DNA from: an uncultured Actinomycetes bacterium | GTDB lineage: Bacteria > Actinomycetota > CADDZG01 > JAHWKV01 | Reading direction: 5' to 3' | NCBI GenBank assembly: GCA_964501265.1 | Contig: CAZCSK010000005.1 | Coordinates: forward strand, 1,944 to 65,943 | Length of the DNA: 64,000 nucleotides | In this document: piece by piece, positions 53,217 to 62,298 of the stretch | How the letters are laid out: every line of letters begins with the position of its first letter | Position numbering within the stretch: position 1 is the stretch's first letter | The notes under the pieces: generated by a model | What the model was told of the DNA's origin: nothing | Database searches by the model: none | What the model saw: the letters and a program-made list of their open reading frames with translations, nothing else | Position numbers and translations under genes: made by a program

Positions 53217-54148
53217 TTACCTCCATTCTGGCGCGCCAACAGGGCGGCCCCGATCATGCCTGCATCGTTGCCGAGAGCAGCCGGAACGACCCTTGGCGGC
53301 GGTGCCTGGCCCTCGAACCTTCGCTCCAACTCCGCCCGTGCCGGCCCGAGCAGTACCTCTCCGATATCGGCTACACCTCCCCCAACGATAACCACATCTG
53401 GATCGAATGCTCGCGCAACCGACGCTATCCCAATACCTAGATAGGTTCCCACTTCCTCGAACAGACGCAACGCAAATGGATCTTGTGCCGCGGCCGCTTC
53501 GCCCACATCTTCCCCGGTTATCTTGTCGAGGTCTCCGCCAGCGAGTTCGAGGATCACTGAGCCAGGCTCCTCGCCGATACGCTCGCGCGCCAGCCGGCCC
53601 AGGGCCGTTCCCGAGGCAACTGACTCCAGGCAACCGGTCCTGCCGCAGGCGCACGGGGGCCCCCCAGCGAGGTCGACGGTCATGTGACCAAACTCCCCCG
53701 CGAATCCTCTGCTTCCCCGGTATAGATCTCCGTCGATCACAATGCCTCCTCCGAGCCCGGTTCCCACCGCCAGCATCACGACGTTTGACTCGCCGATACC
53801 CGCACCCAACATCACTTCTGCCCACACCGCAGCATTGACATCATTTTCGACGAGCACAGCTAGCCCAGCAGCTTCCGCCAATCGCGGCCCCAAGTCTCTC
53901 TCGGCATTGGAAAGATTCGGAGCCAAGACAATCAATCCCGAGGGATACTCAACCCATCCGGCAAAGGCCACGCCGATCGCCTGGGCGGCACCTTTTTCTT
54001 GCAACTCATGAACGAGCGAGATGGCGGATTTGGTCACTGCTCTGGGATCAGTTGGCCTCTCTAAGGGGTTGGTGATCTTGCCGCTCTCGTCGACGAAAGC
54101 GGCGGAGATTTTCGTCCCCCCGATGTCAATTCCAATGACGCGGCGCAC
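53213..54148 (-). CDS. ROK-family glucokinase
   Basis: IDIGGTK, ENDVN, GTGLGGG, GEFGH, CACG..GCLE. Confidence 0.92.
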   Translation of the reverse strand: MRRVIGIDIGGTKISAAFVDESGKITNPLERPTDPRAVTKSAISLVHELQEKGAAQAIGVAFAGWVEYPSGLIVLAPNLSNAERDLGPRLAEAAGLAVLVENDVNAAVWAEVMLGAGIGESNVVMLAVGTGLGGGIVIDGDLYRGSRGFAGEFGHMTVDLAGGPPCACGRTGCLESVASGTALGRLARERIGEEPGSVILELAGGDLDKITGEDVGEAAAAQDPFALRLFEEVGTYLGIGIASVARAFDPDVVIVGGGVADIGEVLLGPARAELERRFEGQAPPPRVVPAALGNDAGMIGAALLARQNGGN

Positions 54149-54166
54149 ACCGGCGATACTAATGCA

Positions 54167-55321
54167 GTGATCAAAGATACTTCCGGCCGTCATCTAGAAG
54201 TTCTTGCCCGCGTGGGCCAGTCTCTACTTGGCGCGATCGATCTCGAAGATCAATTGGCCTTCACGCTCCGGCTTGCCGTCGACGCCCTGGGGGCGGAGCG
54301 AGGATCGGTCATGCTGGTTGACTCTTCGTTACGAAACCTTCGGGTCGCTGCAGCCGAGGGCCTACCAGCGGAAGCGATGGAATCGACCACTCCATTCGGC
54401 GAAGGGATTGCTGGATGGGTAGCGGAGCATATGGAACCGGTCGTACTGCATGGCGGCGTCGTCGACGGCCGCTTTGAAGGGATCGACCCATCTATTGAAT
54501 CCTCGATCTCGTTGCCACTTCAAGTGCAAGAAACTCTGCTTGGGGTGCTGAACCTCGTGCGCAAATCCGGCGACCGCTTTCAGGACGAAGATCTTCGACT
54601 GGCTTCGTCGCTCGGCGGACTGGCTTCGATTGCCATCGAGAAGGCCCAGCTGCTCTCCGCTCTCAAAGAAAGGGAATCCCGCGTCTCGGAGCTGCTCGCC
54701 GCAACGATCGGAGCCCAAGAACGGGAACGGACCCGGATCGCCGGAGACATTCACGACGGCTTTCTCCAGGACCTGTCTGCCTTGTACCTGAAAGTCGAAA
54801 ACATGCGTGGCGCAAAAGAAGACTCGACATCAAAAATGATCGATGACGCCCAGCAAATGATTCGAAACCAAATGGCCGCTCTTCGCGATTACATTTTCGA
54901 GGTCAGGCCCCCGTCGCTGGACCAAGTCGGACTTGCCCCGACGTTGAAGGCGATGGTGGACCGGACCTCGGCAACAGCGGCAATCGGTGGTCACTTCAAG
55001 GATGATTCCGGTGGCCGCAGGCTCCCGGAAACCATCGAAACCATCGTCTACAGAACGGCTCAGGAGGCTTTGCGAAATACCGTCAAACACTCTCGCGCGA
55101 AGAACGTTTGGGTCACGCTGGCGGCAGGACCGAATGCGGAGTTGTTGGTATCCGACGACGGCACCAGCATTGACCCCGAAGTCGTGTCGAAAAGATCTAC
55201 CAGACACTTCGGTATCGCATCGATGAGAGAAAGGGTCGAACTGGCAGGTGGCATCTTTGAAATCGGACCGCGAGAACCAAAGGGCACTACGGTGCGCGCG
55301 GTTATTCCCCTCGAGGCCTAA
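54167..55321 (+). CDS. GAF-domain sensor histidine kinase (HisKA_3 type)
   Basis: GEGIAGWVA (GAF), ER.RIAGDIHD, QEAL.N..KH, DDG, G...MRER. Confidence 0.9.
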   Translation: MIKDTSGRHLEVLARVGQSLLGAIDLEDQLAFTLRLAVDALGAERGSVMLVDSSLRNLRVAAAEGLPAEAMESTTPFGEGIAGWVAEHMEPVVLHGGVVDGRFEGIDPSIESSISLPLQVQETLLGVLNLVRKSGDRFQDEDLRLASSLGGLASIAIEKAQLLSALKERESRVSELLAATIGAQERERTRIAGDIHDGFLQDLSALYLKVENMRGAKEDSTSKMIDDAQQMIRNQMAALRDYIFEVRPPSLDQVGLAPTLKAMVDRTSATAAIGGHFKDDSGGRRLPETIETIVYRTAQEALRNTVKHSRAKNVWVTLAAGPNAELLVSDDGTSIDPEVVSKRSTRHFGIASMRERVELAGGIFEIGPREPKGTTVRAVIPLEA

Positions 55322-55550
55322 CGTTGCCTTCCCGGGACTCTGCGATGCCATCCAAAAAGGCCTTCGCTGCCAAGTAAAGCTCCCGTCCCGCGGCGGCGAG
55401 ATGGCCGGCGACTTCTGGTCGCATCTGCTTGATCAACCCGAGCATCATGCAGACCGGGCAGTTGTAAGGGCACTGCCCGCTCGAGTGGGTCGCCCACATC
55501 TCCTCAACTGAGGACTGGACCGGTCTTTCTTCTTCGTCCATTCGCCTCAT
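55302..55550 (-). CDS. Small hypothetical protein (CxxCPxC)
   Basis: CPYNCPVC...RPEV..HL..A..E. Coupled to the SRPBCC gene. Confidence 0.65.
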   Translation of the reverse strand: MRRMDEEERPVQSSVEEMWATHSSGQCPYNCPVCMMLGLIKQMRPEVAGHLAAAGRELYLAAKAFLDGIAESREGNVRPRGE

Positions 55551-55978
55551 CGAGATTCAGCAGTTTTCTTCAGATCGTCCAAAGCGCCCGAAACCATCAT
55601 CTTGACTCCCTGCTTGCGAATGAACCCTGGCACGGGAAACCCTGGATCAATCGCATACGAATAGACCACTTCAGTCCCATCGCCCTTTGACTTGAGTTCA
55701 TACGACCCCGTGAGCTCGTTCATGTCGCCCTCGGTCATCTTCCAAGAAACCTTGTTGGGTGCGTACTCGTACTCGAGAAAGTAATGGACCACTTTGAGGC
55801 GGGCGTCCACCTCAAACTCGGCACGTTGCGGACGCCCTTCGGAATCGCGCTCAAGCACCTTCGCCAAATGGAAAGCGCTCAGGCGAGCAGGCAGCCCTTC
55901 CACATCATTGATAACTTCCAGGATTCGATCCACAGTCGCGTCGATTTGAGTCGACGCGGTACCCATTTCGGCCATCAT
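55547..55978 (-). CDS. SRPBCC/polyketide cyclase-like protein
   Basis: GRP..A.F..DA, L.GSY.L, T.V.Y, ALDDLKK..E. Confidence 0.85.
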   Translation of the reverse strand: MMAEMGTASTQIDATVDRILEVINDVEGLPARLSAFHLAKVLERDSEGRPQRAEFEVDARLKVVHYFLEYEYAPNKVSWKMTEGDMNELTGSYELKSKGDGTEVVYSYAIDPGFPVPGFIRKQGVKMMVSGALDDLKKTAESR

Positions 55979-56031
55979 CCCTCCTTAAGGTCCTTTTTTC
56001 GATGGTGCGCTGGGCCAATTGTATGCGCGCC

Positions 56032-56793
56032 CTACTTTAGCGATAGCGCGCGACGGGTCCTTCGAAAATATCCGCAGTTGACTACGTGAGTCTTTCCAAT
56101 GTGCTTCGACGACACTAGCGGGTGATGGATGTGACCAAACAAGGCCTTTGCAGGCTGCACGTCTCGAATGTATTCTAGGAGCCGCGATGAGCCTTGCTCA
56201 GCGCGATTCGCAAGAATGTCGAAGGTCATTTCCGGAACGGCCGGAGGCATGTGAGAGCAGATGACTTCTACCGGACCGAGTTGATCGATCTTTCGATTGA
56301 ACTCTTCTTCCGGAATCTCGCCCTGGACTTGCAGTGGCGTTGGCAGTCCCCCTCCTACAAATCCGACTCTGTATCCGTTGATCTCGACTACCTTGCCGTC
56401 GGGGAATTCAATATGGGCCGGGGCAAGATCTTTGACCAGGGTGGGCGAGTCCACATTTCCCATGATCATGTAGGTAGTCTCGGGAAGTACGGAGAACACC
56501 TCTTTGTAGGCGCGTGACATCGCCTGCGTGAATTTTTCTTTCATTTCTTGCTCCCGGCCCTCCCGCCGCTCGGCCATCCGCTTACGGGCTTCTTCGAAGC
56601 GCCGTTGGGCTCGCAATTCGATAATGTCGAGTACGGTCTCGCGGCCGTAGACTTCAACCAGTATTCCCTCGGTTGCGGCGTAATCGATGAGATTCACCAA
56701 GTCCCCGAGCAACAGCAGCGTATCGGTGGGATCCACTTGGTCTTTGAGGGCCCCCGTCGCTGAATGAAGATCGGATATAACTTTGACCGTCAT
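56032..56793 (-). CDS. Metallophosphoesterase
   Basis: SDLH, LGDL, GNVD, SHMPP, FGHIH. Confidence 0.9.
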   Translation of the reverse strand: MTVKVISDLHSATGALKDQVDPTDTLLLLGDLVNLIDYAATEGILVEVYGRETVLDIIELRAQRRFEEARKRMAERREGREQEMKEKFTQAMSRAYKEVFSVLPETTYMIMGNVDSPTLVKDLAPAHIEFPDGKVVEINGYRVGFVGGGLPTPLQVQGEIPEEEFNRKIDQLGPVEVICSHMPPAVPEMTFDILANRAEQGSSRLLEYIRDVQPAKALFGHIHHPLVSSKHIGKTHVVNCGYFRRTRRALSLK

Positions 56794-57536
56794 CGTCCTG
56801 CGACTAGGGCTGTCAGCATTCCCAATACGGCCGCCGCAGCAAGAGTAAGCGCCGCGTACCGCACTACCTTGCCTGTGAGGAATTGCGTCGCGTCGGGATC
56901 GTCCGCCAGAGCCCGGGCATCGAGCACGCTCACCACAATCAAACCGATGAAGGCTATCCAAAACATGTACTGGATGAAGTCGAGGAGCTTGTTTGCCCCC
57001 GCAATAAAGATCGCCGAAAGCAGCCACCAGGCTCCAAGTGTCATCCGGATGATTCCCTGGCCGACCTGGCGCAAGTACAGATGGCCCCCGCCGGGTATCA
57101 ACGATAGAGCAGCGGCGATGTTGGGATTCTGGTCTTGTGCTCGGTGGGTTTCGACCGGGGTCCGAAACATGTCGTAAAGGCTGGCGCCGCACACGCCGCA
57201 GTTGTTTTGGTCGAAAGAGTTGTCTCTGGCGCAGCTCGGGCAAGTCCAAACAAGTTCATCGCCGACTTTGCGCAGCGGGGGTCTGGGGGGTAGCAGCCGC
57301 CCCTCGGTAGGACTTGGGCGCTCCAGAAGCTGCGAAGTCGGCTGGGGGGGATAGACGGGGGCCGGGGGCGGAGCCATCGGCTGGGGGGGATAGACGGGGG
57401 CCGGGGGCGGAGCAACTACGTTGACGATTGGTGGAGCAGAAGTAAAAACGTTCGGTCTGCCGTCGAACTTTTCCAGACAAAGGGCGCACCAGCGGGCGCT
57501 TTCCGAATTCGGGGTGTTGCAGTTGGGGCAATTCAT
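56790..57536 (-). CDS. Double zinc-ribbon membrane protein
   Basis: CPNC..WCALC and CPSC..CGVC, Pro-rich linker, AALSLIPG.GHLY and TMs. Confidence 0.75.
   Translation of the reverse strand: MNCPNCNTPNSESARWCALCLEKFDGRPNVFTSAPPIVNVVAPPPAPVYPPQPMAPPPAPVYPPQPTSQLLERPSPTEGRLLPPRPPLRKVGDELVWTCPSCARDNSFDQNNCGVCGASLYDMFRTPVETHRAQDQNPNIAAALSLIPGGGHLYLRQVGQGIIRMTLGAWWLLSAIFIAGANKLLDFIQYMFWIAFIGLIVVSVLDARALADDPDATQFLTGKVVRYAALTLAAAAVLGMLTALVAGR
57276..57336 (+). repeat. G-rich palindromic element, copy D (in-frame, right end truncated)
   Basis: CGGGGGTCTGGGGGGTAGCAGCCGCCCCTCGGTAGGACTTGGGCGCTCCAGAAGCTGCGAA. Confidence 0.88.
57338..57413. repeat. 39-nt tandem duplication (APPPAPVYPPQP x2)
   Basis: TCGGCTGGGGGGGATAGACGGGGGCCGGGGGCGGAGC at 57338 and 57377. 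Confidence 0.95.
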
Positions 57537-57543
57537 GCCCCAA

Positions 57544-58323
57544 CTATCCCCCAAAACGTCTTATTCGAGCCGAATATTCCTCGACCGCCTCGACGACGTC
57601 AGTCTCGGTAAGGTCGGGAAAGAACTTGGGTGAGAAAATCATCTCAGCGTACGCGGCTTGAATCGGCAAGAAACCTGACGATCGCATTTCGCCCGAGGTC
57701 CGGAGCACGATGTCGGGATTTGGATGCGGTTGTCCCTCGGTGTCGAGGTAGGCCCTGATGTCGAGACTCGTCGCTGCCGCACCGCTTAACTGCGCTTGCG
57801 CTGCCATCGCCCTCGCCGCTCTTTGAATCTCGTCAGCTCCCCCATAGTTGATCGCCAGGTTGACCACGTTTCGTTCGAAAGCGGCGGTCTTGTCTTGAAT
57901 CTCGCGCAGGGCGGTTACGAGCGAGTGCGGCATTCCGTCCGCAAAGCCCGCCGCCGCGGCCGTTTCCTCGGCTCCTTCGGGGACCCCGTCAACACGTCCC
58001 AGGTGAACGACGCGCACTTCCTCTTCTATTGCCTCCGGCAAGAGGTCGTCGAGCCATTTCTCATATAGAAGCATCAGCGCAGAGACTTGATCCGGCGATC
58101 GCCGCCAGTTCTCCGTCGAGAACGCCCAGACCGTCATGGTGTGTATTCCGATCCGACGGCAAAAACGGGAGAGGCGTTTTGCGACTTCAAGGCCTGCCCT
58201 GTGCCCTTCCATCACCGACAAGTCGGCTTCTTCGGCCCACCGGCGATTACCGTCGGGAATGACTGCGAGATGATGCGGAATGGTCGCTGTGGCCAGGCGT
58301 TTGATTGCTGCTTGTACTTCCAT
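57544..58323 (-). CDS. uppS: cis-prenyltransferase (undecaprenyl diphosphate synthase)
   Basis: DGNRRWA, AFSTENW.R, NYGG, RTSGE.R.S.F. Confidence 0.93.
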   Translation of the reverse strand: MEVQAAIKRLATATIPHHLAVIPDGNRRWAEEADLSVMEGHRAGLEVAKRLSRFCRRIGIHTMTVWAFSTENWRRSPDQVSALMLLYEKWLDDLLPEAIEEEVRVVHLGRVDGVPEGAEETAAAAGFADGMPHSLVTALREIQDKTAAFERNVVNLAINYGGADEIQRAARAMAAQAQLSGAAATSLDIRAYLDTEGQPHPNPDIVLRTSGEMRSSGFLPIQAAYAEMIFSPKFFPDLTETDVVEAVEEYSARIRRFGG

Positions 58324-58333
58324 TACCTGACGC

Positions 58334-59392
58334 TCAAGAAAGTTCGGGCACGCGGGCAACGACGCTGTGCGCCAGTTTCTCCAGCGTGGAGCGAGCGGCA
58401 CAATCCGGGACGGTTATGAGCGCACGCAACGCCTCATCGAGATACATTTGGGCGCGCGACATTGCCTTTGCAAAAGATCCCGCCGCTACCGTTGCGGATA
58501 GCACCGCATCCACGTCGACTTCAGGAGCCGCCAGCAGATCAGCGATTGCAGCATCGGCTGCCACGGCATAGATCACGGGCAACGTGTAAACGCCGTCGCG
58601 CAAGTCGGTGCCGGGCGCCTTTCCCAGGGCCTCGGGGCTGGCCGCAAGATCCAAGAGATCGTCAGCAATCTGAAATGCAAATCCGAGGTTGCGACCAAAC
58701 ATTTGCATTGCATCTACCACGCTTGACGGACATTCACCCAGGGACGCGCCGAATAAAGTGCATGTTTCCATCAATGACACCGTTTTACCGTCGATCGTCG
58801 CAAAGTAGTGCTCCTCTGACCGATTCGGATCGTAGATCGACTGCAGCTCCGTCAATTGGCCGGCTACGACTTTCGCAATTGCGGTCGCCAGAACCTCCGG
58901 TACTATCCCGCCTACATTCGCCGCGAGGCTCGAAGCCTTCGCGAAGAGATAATCGCCAGCAAGGATCGCCACCTTGTTGCCCCACATCTGATTGGCGCTC
59001 GTTACGCCCCTGCGCGTAGTGGCCTCATCGATGACGTCGTCGTGATAAAGCGTCGCCAGGTGCGTGAGTTCGGCAGCCGCCGCAGTGTAGTCGACGTTCT
59101 GATTGGGTCCTTCCCCGAGTTGCGAAGCCAGCAAAGTGAGAGCCGGACGGATTCGCTTACCCCCGGCCCGCGCCAAATGCGTTGTGAACTCCGTGAATAC
59201 GTCTCCTATCCCCCGTTGATTTGGGGGGTTCGCAGCTTCTGGCGCGCCTGCCTCATACCTCCGGGCCGCCGCTACCCCCCCGGGCCCCCCGGCCACCGCC
59301 GCCGTATCCACCATTATTTTTTCGACCCGTTCGAGGTCGGAGGAAATGGGATCCAGCACGTCGCCAGCTTGATCTCGGAAAAGCGCTTCCAT
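58334..59392 (-). CDS. trans-polyprenyl diphosphate synthase with in-frame element insertion
   Basis: GGKRIRP, HDDVID...RRG, LAGD, KT, FQIADDLLD. Confidence 0.93.
   Translation of the reverse strand: MEALFRDQAGDVLDPISSDLERVEKIMVDTAAVAGGPGGVAAARRYEAGAPEAANPPNQRGIGDVFTEFTTHLARAGGKRIRPALTLLASQLGEGPNQNVDYTAAAAELTHLATLYHDDVIDEATTRRGVTSANQMWGNKVAILAGDYLFAKASSLAANVGGIVPEVLATAIAKVVAGQLTELQSIYDPNRSEEHYFATIDGKTVSLMETCTLFGASLGECPSSVVDAMQMFGRNLGFAFQIADDLLDLAASPEALGKAPGTDLRDGVYTLPVIYAVAADAAIADLLAAPEVDVDAVLSATVAAGSFAKAMSRAQMYLDEALRALITVPDCAARSTLEKLAHSVVARVPELS
59215..59292 (-). repeat. G-rich palindromic element, copy E (in-frame in polyprenyl synthase)
   Basis: Minus strand GGGGGGCCCGGGGGGGTAGCGGCGGCCCGGAGGTATGAGGCAGGCGCGCCAGAAGCTGCGAACCCCCCAAATCAAC. 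Confidence 0.93.
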
Positions 59393-59400
59393 TAGTAAAC

Positions 59401-59847
59401 CTAGATCCCGCAAATCTGAATCAGAACTTCGCGGTCGCGGGGGCAGTCGAAGTCGACAAACATGATCCTCTGCCAGCGGCCGAGAAGAAGTGCACCTTCT
59501 CCGACAGGAATGTATTCGGAAGCATGACCCGCAATCATGCGGCGGATGTGGGCATGGGCGTTCTTAGTTTCGTCGTCGTGCAAGTTTTCAGTGCGAATGT
59601 TGAAGTCGTCATGCATGTAGTTGTCGAGCTTGGGCACGAGTCGCTGCATCGTGGCATCGACATCGGCAAGAAGACCGGTCTCCTTCTCATTCACCAAAAC
59701 GGCACACGTCGTGTGCGGTGAAAATACTAGGGCGTAGCCCTCTTCTATTCCTGAATCCAGGAGGGCTTTCTCGACGTCGGCGGTGATGTCAATCACGTCA
59801 AACTCCCGAGTAGTTCTTATCTGCAACTTGTCACGGTGGATCTTCAC
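59401..59847 (-). CDS. YjbQ/UPF0047 family protein
   Basis: DIT..V, HTT, NE, NAHAH, LG.WQ....DFD.PR.R. Confidence 0.9.
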   Translation of the reverse strand: MKIHRDKLQIRTTREFDVIDITADVEKALLDSGIEEGYALVFSPHTTCAVLVNEKETGLLADVDATMQRLVPKLDNYMHDDFNIRTENLHDDETKNAHAHIRRMIAGHASEYIPVGEGALLLGRWQRIMFVDFDCPRDREVLIQICGI

Positions 59848-59874
59848 GGGGCTCCCTTCGGTTGAGGCAAGATA

Positions 59875-60804
59875 TCAAGTGACGCTTGCCGGCAGCGGAA
59901 AATGTACGTCCTCTATTGCAACGCTTACTTCTTCGACTTGCACTATGCCTCTGTCGGCGAGATATTTGACTACGCGGTCGACCAAGACTTCCGGCGTTGA
60001 GGCCCCCGAGGAAATGCCGATGATTGCGGCGCTCTCGATCCAATTCGGATCTATCGACCTCTCATCTTCGATCAAAAAGGCCTTGGTTCCCTCGTCTCGG
60101 GCCACCTCTACAAGACGGTTCGAATTCGATGAATTCTGAGAACCTACGACGAGCACAAGGTCCGCTCGCTGTGCTATCTCTTTCACCGCCTGTTGGCGGT
60201 TCTGACTCGCATAGCAAATGTCGTCTTTGGTGGGACCAGCGATACGTGGGAACTGCCGTCGGAGCGCCTCGACGACCTCTCTTGTGTCGTCCACGGCCAG
60301 CGTCGTCTGAGAGATGAAAGCAACGTTGTCTGGGTCGGCAACCTTTAGCCCGGCCACGTCCTCGGGGCGCTCCAAGACGATCGTCTGATCGGGCGCCTGG
60401 CCGGAGGTCCCTTCGACTTCCTCGTGCCCATTGTGTCCAATTAGAAAGATGGTTCTACCCTGCTTGGCGAACCTGCGCGCTTCAACGTGGACTTTGGTTA
60501 CAAGGGGGCACGTGGCGTCGATCACAGTGATGTTTCGGGCTTTGGCGTTTGCGTAAACGGTCGGCGCAACGCCATGGGCGGAGAGCACACAAATCGATCC
60601 CGGCGGGACATCTTCTTCCGATTCGACAAAGATCGCTCCCTTTTCTTCGAGTTGCGTCACAACGTGACTGTTGTGGACGATCTGCTTGCGAACGTAGACC
60701 GGCGGGCCGTAGCGGTCGAGCGCGCGCTGCACGATTTCAACGGCGCGGTCCACTCCCGCGCACCAGCCGCGGGGGGCGGCGATCAAGATCCTCTTGTCCG
60801 TCAT
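59875..60804 (-). CDS. ispH: HMBPP reductase
   Basis: PRGWCAGVDRA, IVHN, DATCPLV.KVH, DDICYA..NRQ, SSNS. Confidence 0.97.
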   Translation of the reverse strand: MTDKRILIAAPRGWCAGVDRAVEIVQRALDRYGPPVYVRKQIVHNSHVVTQLEEKGAIFVESEEDVPPGSICVLSAHGVAPTVYANAKARNITVIDATCPLVTKVHVEARRFAKQGRTIFLIGHNGHEEVEGTSGQAPDQTIVLERPEDVAGLKVADPDNVAFISQTTLAVDDTREVVEALRRQFPRIAGPTKDDICYASQNRQQAVKEIAQRADLVLVVGSQNSSNSNRLVEVARDEGTKAFLIEDERSIDPNWIESAAIIGISSGASTPEVLVDRVVKYLADRGIVQVEEVSVAIEDVHFPLPASVT

Positions 60805-61889
60805 TTCGTAGCTGCCGTCGTCTGACTCGCCGCCACTTTGATTGCTTCTTCGATGAGGGCGTCGACCATCTTGTCCGCAGGGACCCACCCAATCTGCTTG
60901 CCCTTCGAGAAAAGAAGTCCGCGGCCCGGTCCCGCGGCAATCCCCACGTCGGCCTCGCGGGCCTCGCCTGGCCCGTTGACTTCGCAGCCCATGACGGCTA
61001 CCTGAATAGGAGGAAGTTTCAGTTCGAGCAACCTGTCCTGCACCTGCTTTGTCAATGCGATCACGTCGAGTTCCGCTCTTCCGCACGATGGGCATGCCAC
61101 AAGATCGAGGAGTGACTTGCGAAGTCCGAGAGCTTGAAGAATCTGCTTCGCAATCTTGATCTCCTCGACCGGGTCGGCTGTCAGCGAAACGCGGATCGTG
61201 TCCCCTATGCCTTCAGCGAGCAGTGTACCGATACCAATAGCCGACTTCATGATGCCAAACGGCGGGGGCCCCGCCTCGGTCACACCCAAGTGCAGCGGGT
61301 AGTCGACCTTGCTCGCAAGAATGCGATATGCCTCGATCATCTGCGGAACGTTCTGGTGCTTGACAGAAATCTTTATATCGCCGAATCCTTCATCCTCGAG
61401 AATCCGAACCTCGTCGAGCGCGCTTTCTACAAGCGCTTCGGGAGTTGGCCCGCCGTACTTTGCGATCAAGCGCTTGTCCAGGGACCCGGCGTTTACCCCC
61501 ACTCTTATGGGGACGCCGCGATCCTTCGCCTCCCTGACGACAGTTCGTATCTGATCGGGATCGCGGATGTTGCCGGGATTCAGCCGCAACCCTTGGACGC
61601 CCGCCTCCAGCGCCAACATGGCCAACCGGTACGAAAAGTGGATGTCGGCGATGATCGGGACACCGGCCTCCTTTACGATCTCGGGTAGCGCCCGAGCGTC
61701 TTTCTCGTGAGGAACCGCTACCCGGACGATGTCCCCGCCCTGCGTGGCGATGGCGTGCGCCTGAATCAGCGTGGCTTGCACGTCTTCGGTCTTGGTAATG
61801 GTCATCGATTGAATCGAAACGGGGGCCCCGCCCCCGATGGGGACGTTGCCGACTCGCAACTGTCTGGACTGCCTGCGCTCGGTGATCAT
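60801..61889 (-). CDS. ispG: HMBPP synthase
   Basis: QSMT, ADIHF, NPGNI, PLHLGVTEAG, CPSCGR, MGC.VNGPGE. Confidence 0.97.
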   Translation of the reverse strand: MITERRQSRQLRVGNVPIGGGAPVSIQSMTITKTEDVQATLIQAHAIATQGGDIVRVAVPHEKDARALPEIVKEAGVPIIADIHFSYRLAMLALEAGVQGLRLNPGNIRDPDQIRTVVREAKDRGVPIRVGVNAGSLDKRLIAKYGGPTPEALVESALDEVRILEDEGFGDIKISVKHQNVPQMIEAYRILASKVDYPLHLGVTEAGPPPFGIMKSAIGIGTLLAEGIGDTIRVSLTADPVEEIKIAKQILQALGLRKSLLDLVACPSCGRAELDVIALTKQVQDRLLELKLPPIQVAVMGCEVNGPGEAREADVGIAAGPGRGLLFSKGKQIGWVPADKMVDALIEEAIKVAASQTTAATK

Positions 61890-61925
61890 CCACCCCCATG
61901 CTCCCAGGCAAACGAGAACTGAGCA

Positions 61926-62020
61926 AGTGCTCAAAACGTCCGTCCTCGCTGAAACGGAGGAATCGCGACCCCCTACGACGCTGTGGGTCCGGAGGACGGG
62001 GGTCGCGCAATTCGAGCACT
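61926..62020. other. Structured intergenic segment with terminal inverted repeats
   Basis: AGTGCTC...GAGCACT enclosing CGCGACCCCC...GGGGGTCGCG. Confidence 0.55.
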
Positions 62021-62079
62021 GGCCAACGTAGGAGCAAAAACTCGCCCCTGGTTCTAAGGTTAGGCAATATCATGGACGA

Positions 62080-62298
62080 ATGTTGCTCCCCTCGCCTACG
62101 GATCTTGAGCAATGGGAGGCGGAGTTCGACGCTGCCCGGCAACGACCGCTCAGGATCCGGCTGCACTACAGCTTCATCCGGACCTACAAACCGGTTTTGG
62201 ATGATGCCCCATTCCGATCATTTGCAACGACCGCTCAATATCGAAAGTGGTGCGAGCAACATCTCCCCAGCTGGCTGGGCTATGGCCGCGAGGTTTGA
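62080..62298 (+). CDS. Small hypothetical protein upstream of the nucleotidyltransferase
   Basis: 72 aa, YKPVLDDAPFRSF...YR.WCE..LP.WLGY. Overlaps the next start. Confidence 0.6.
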   Translation: MLLPSPTDLEQWEAEFDAARQRPLRIRLHYSFIRTYKPVLDDAPFRSFATTAQYRKWCEQHLPSWLGYGREV

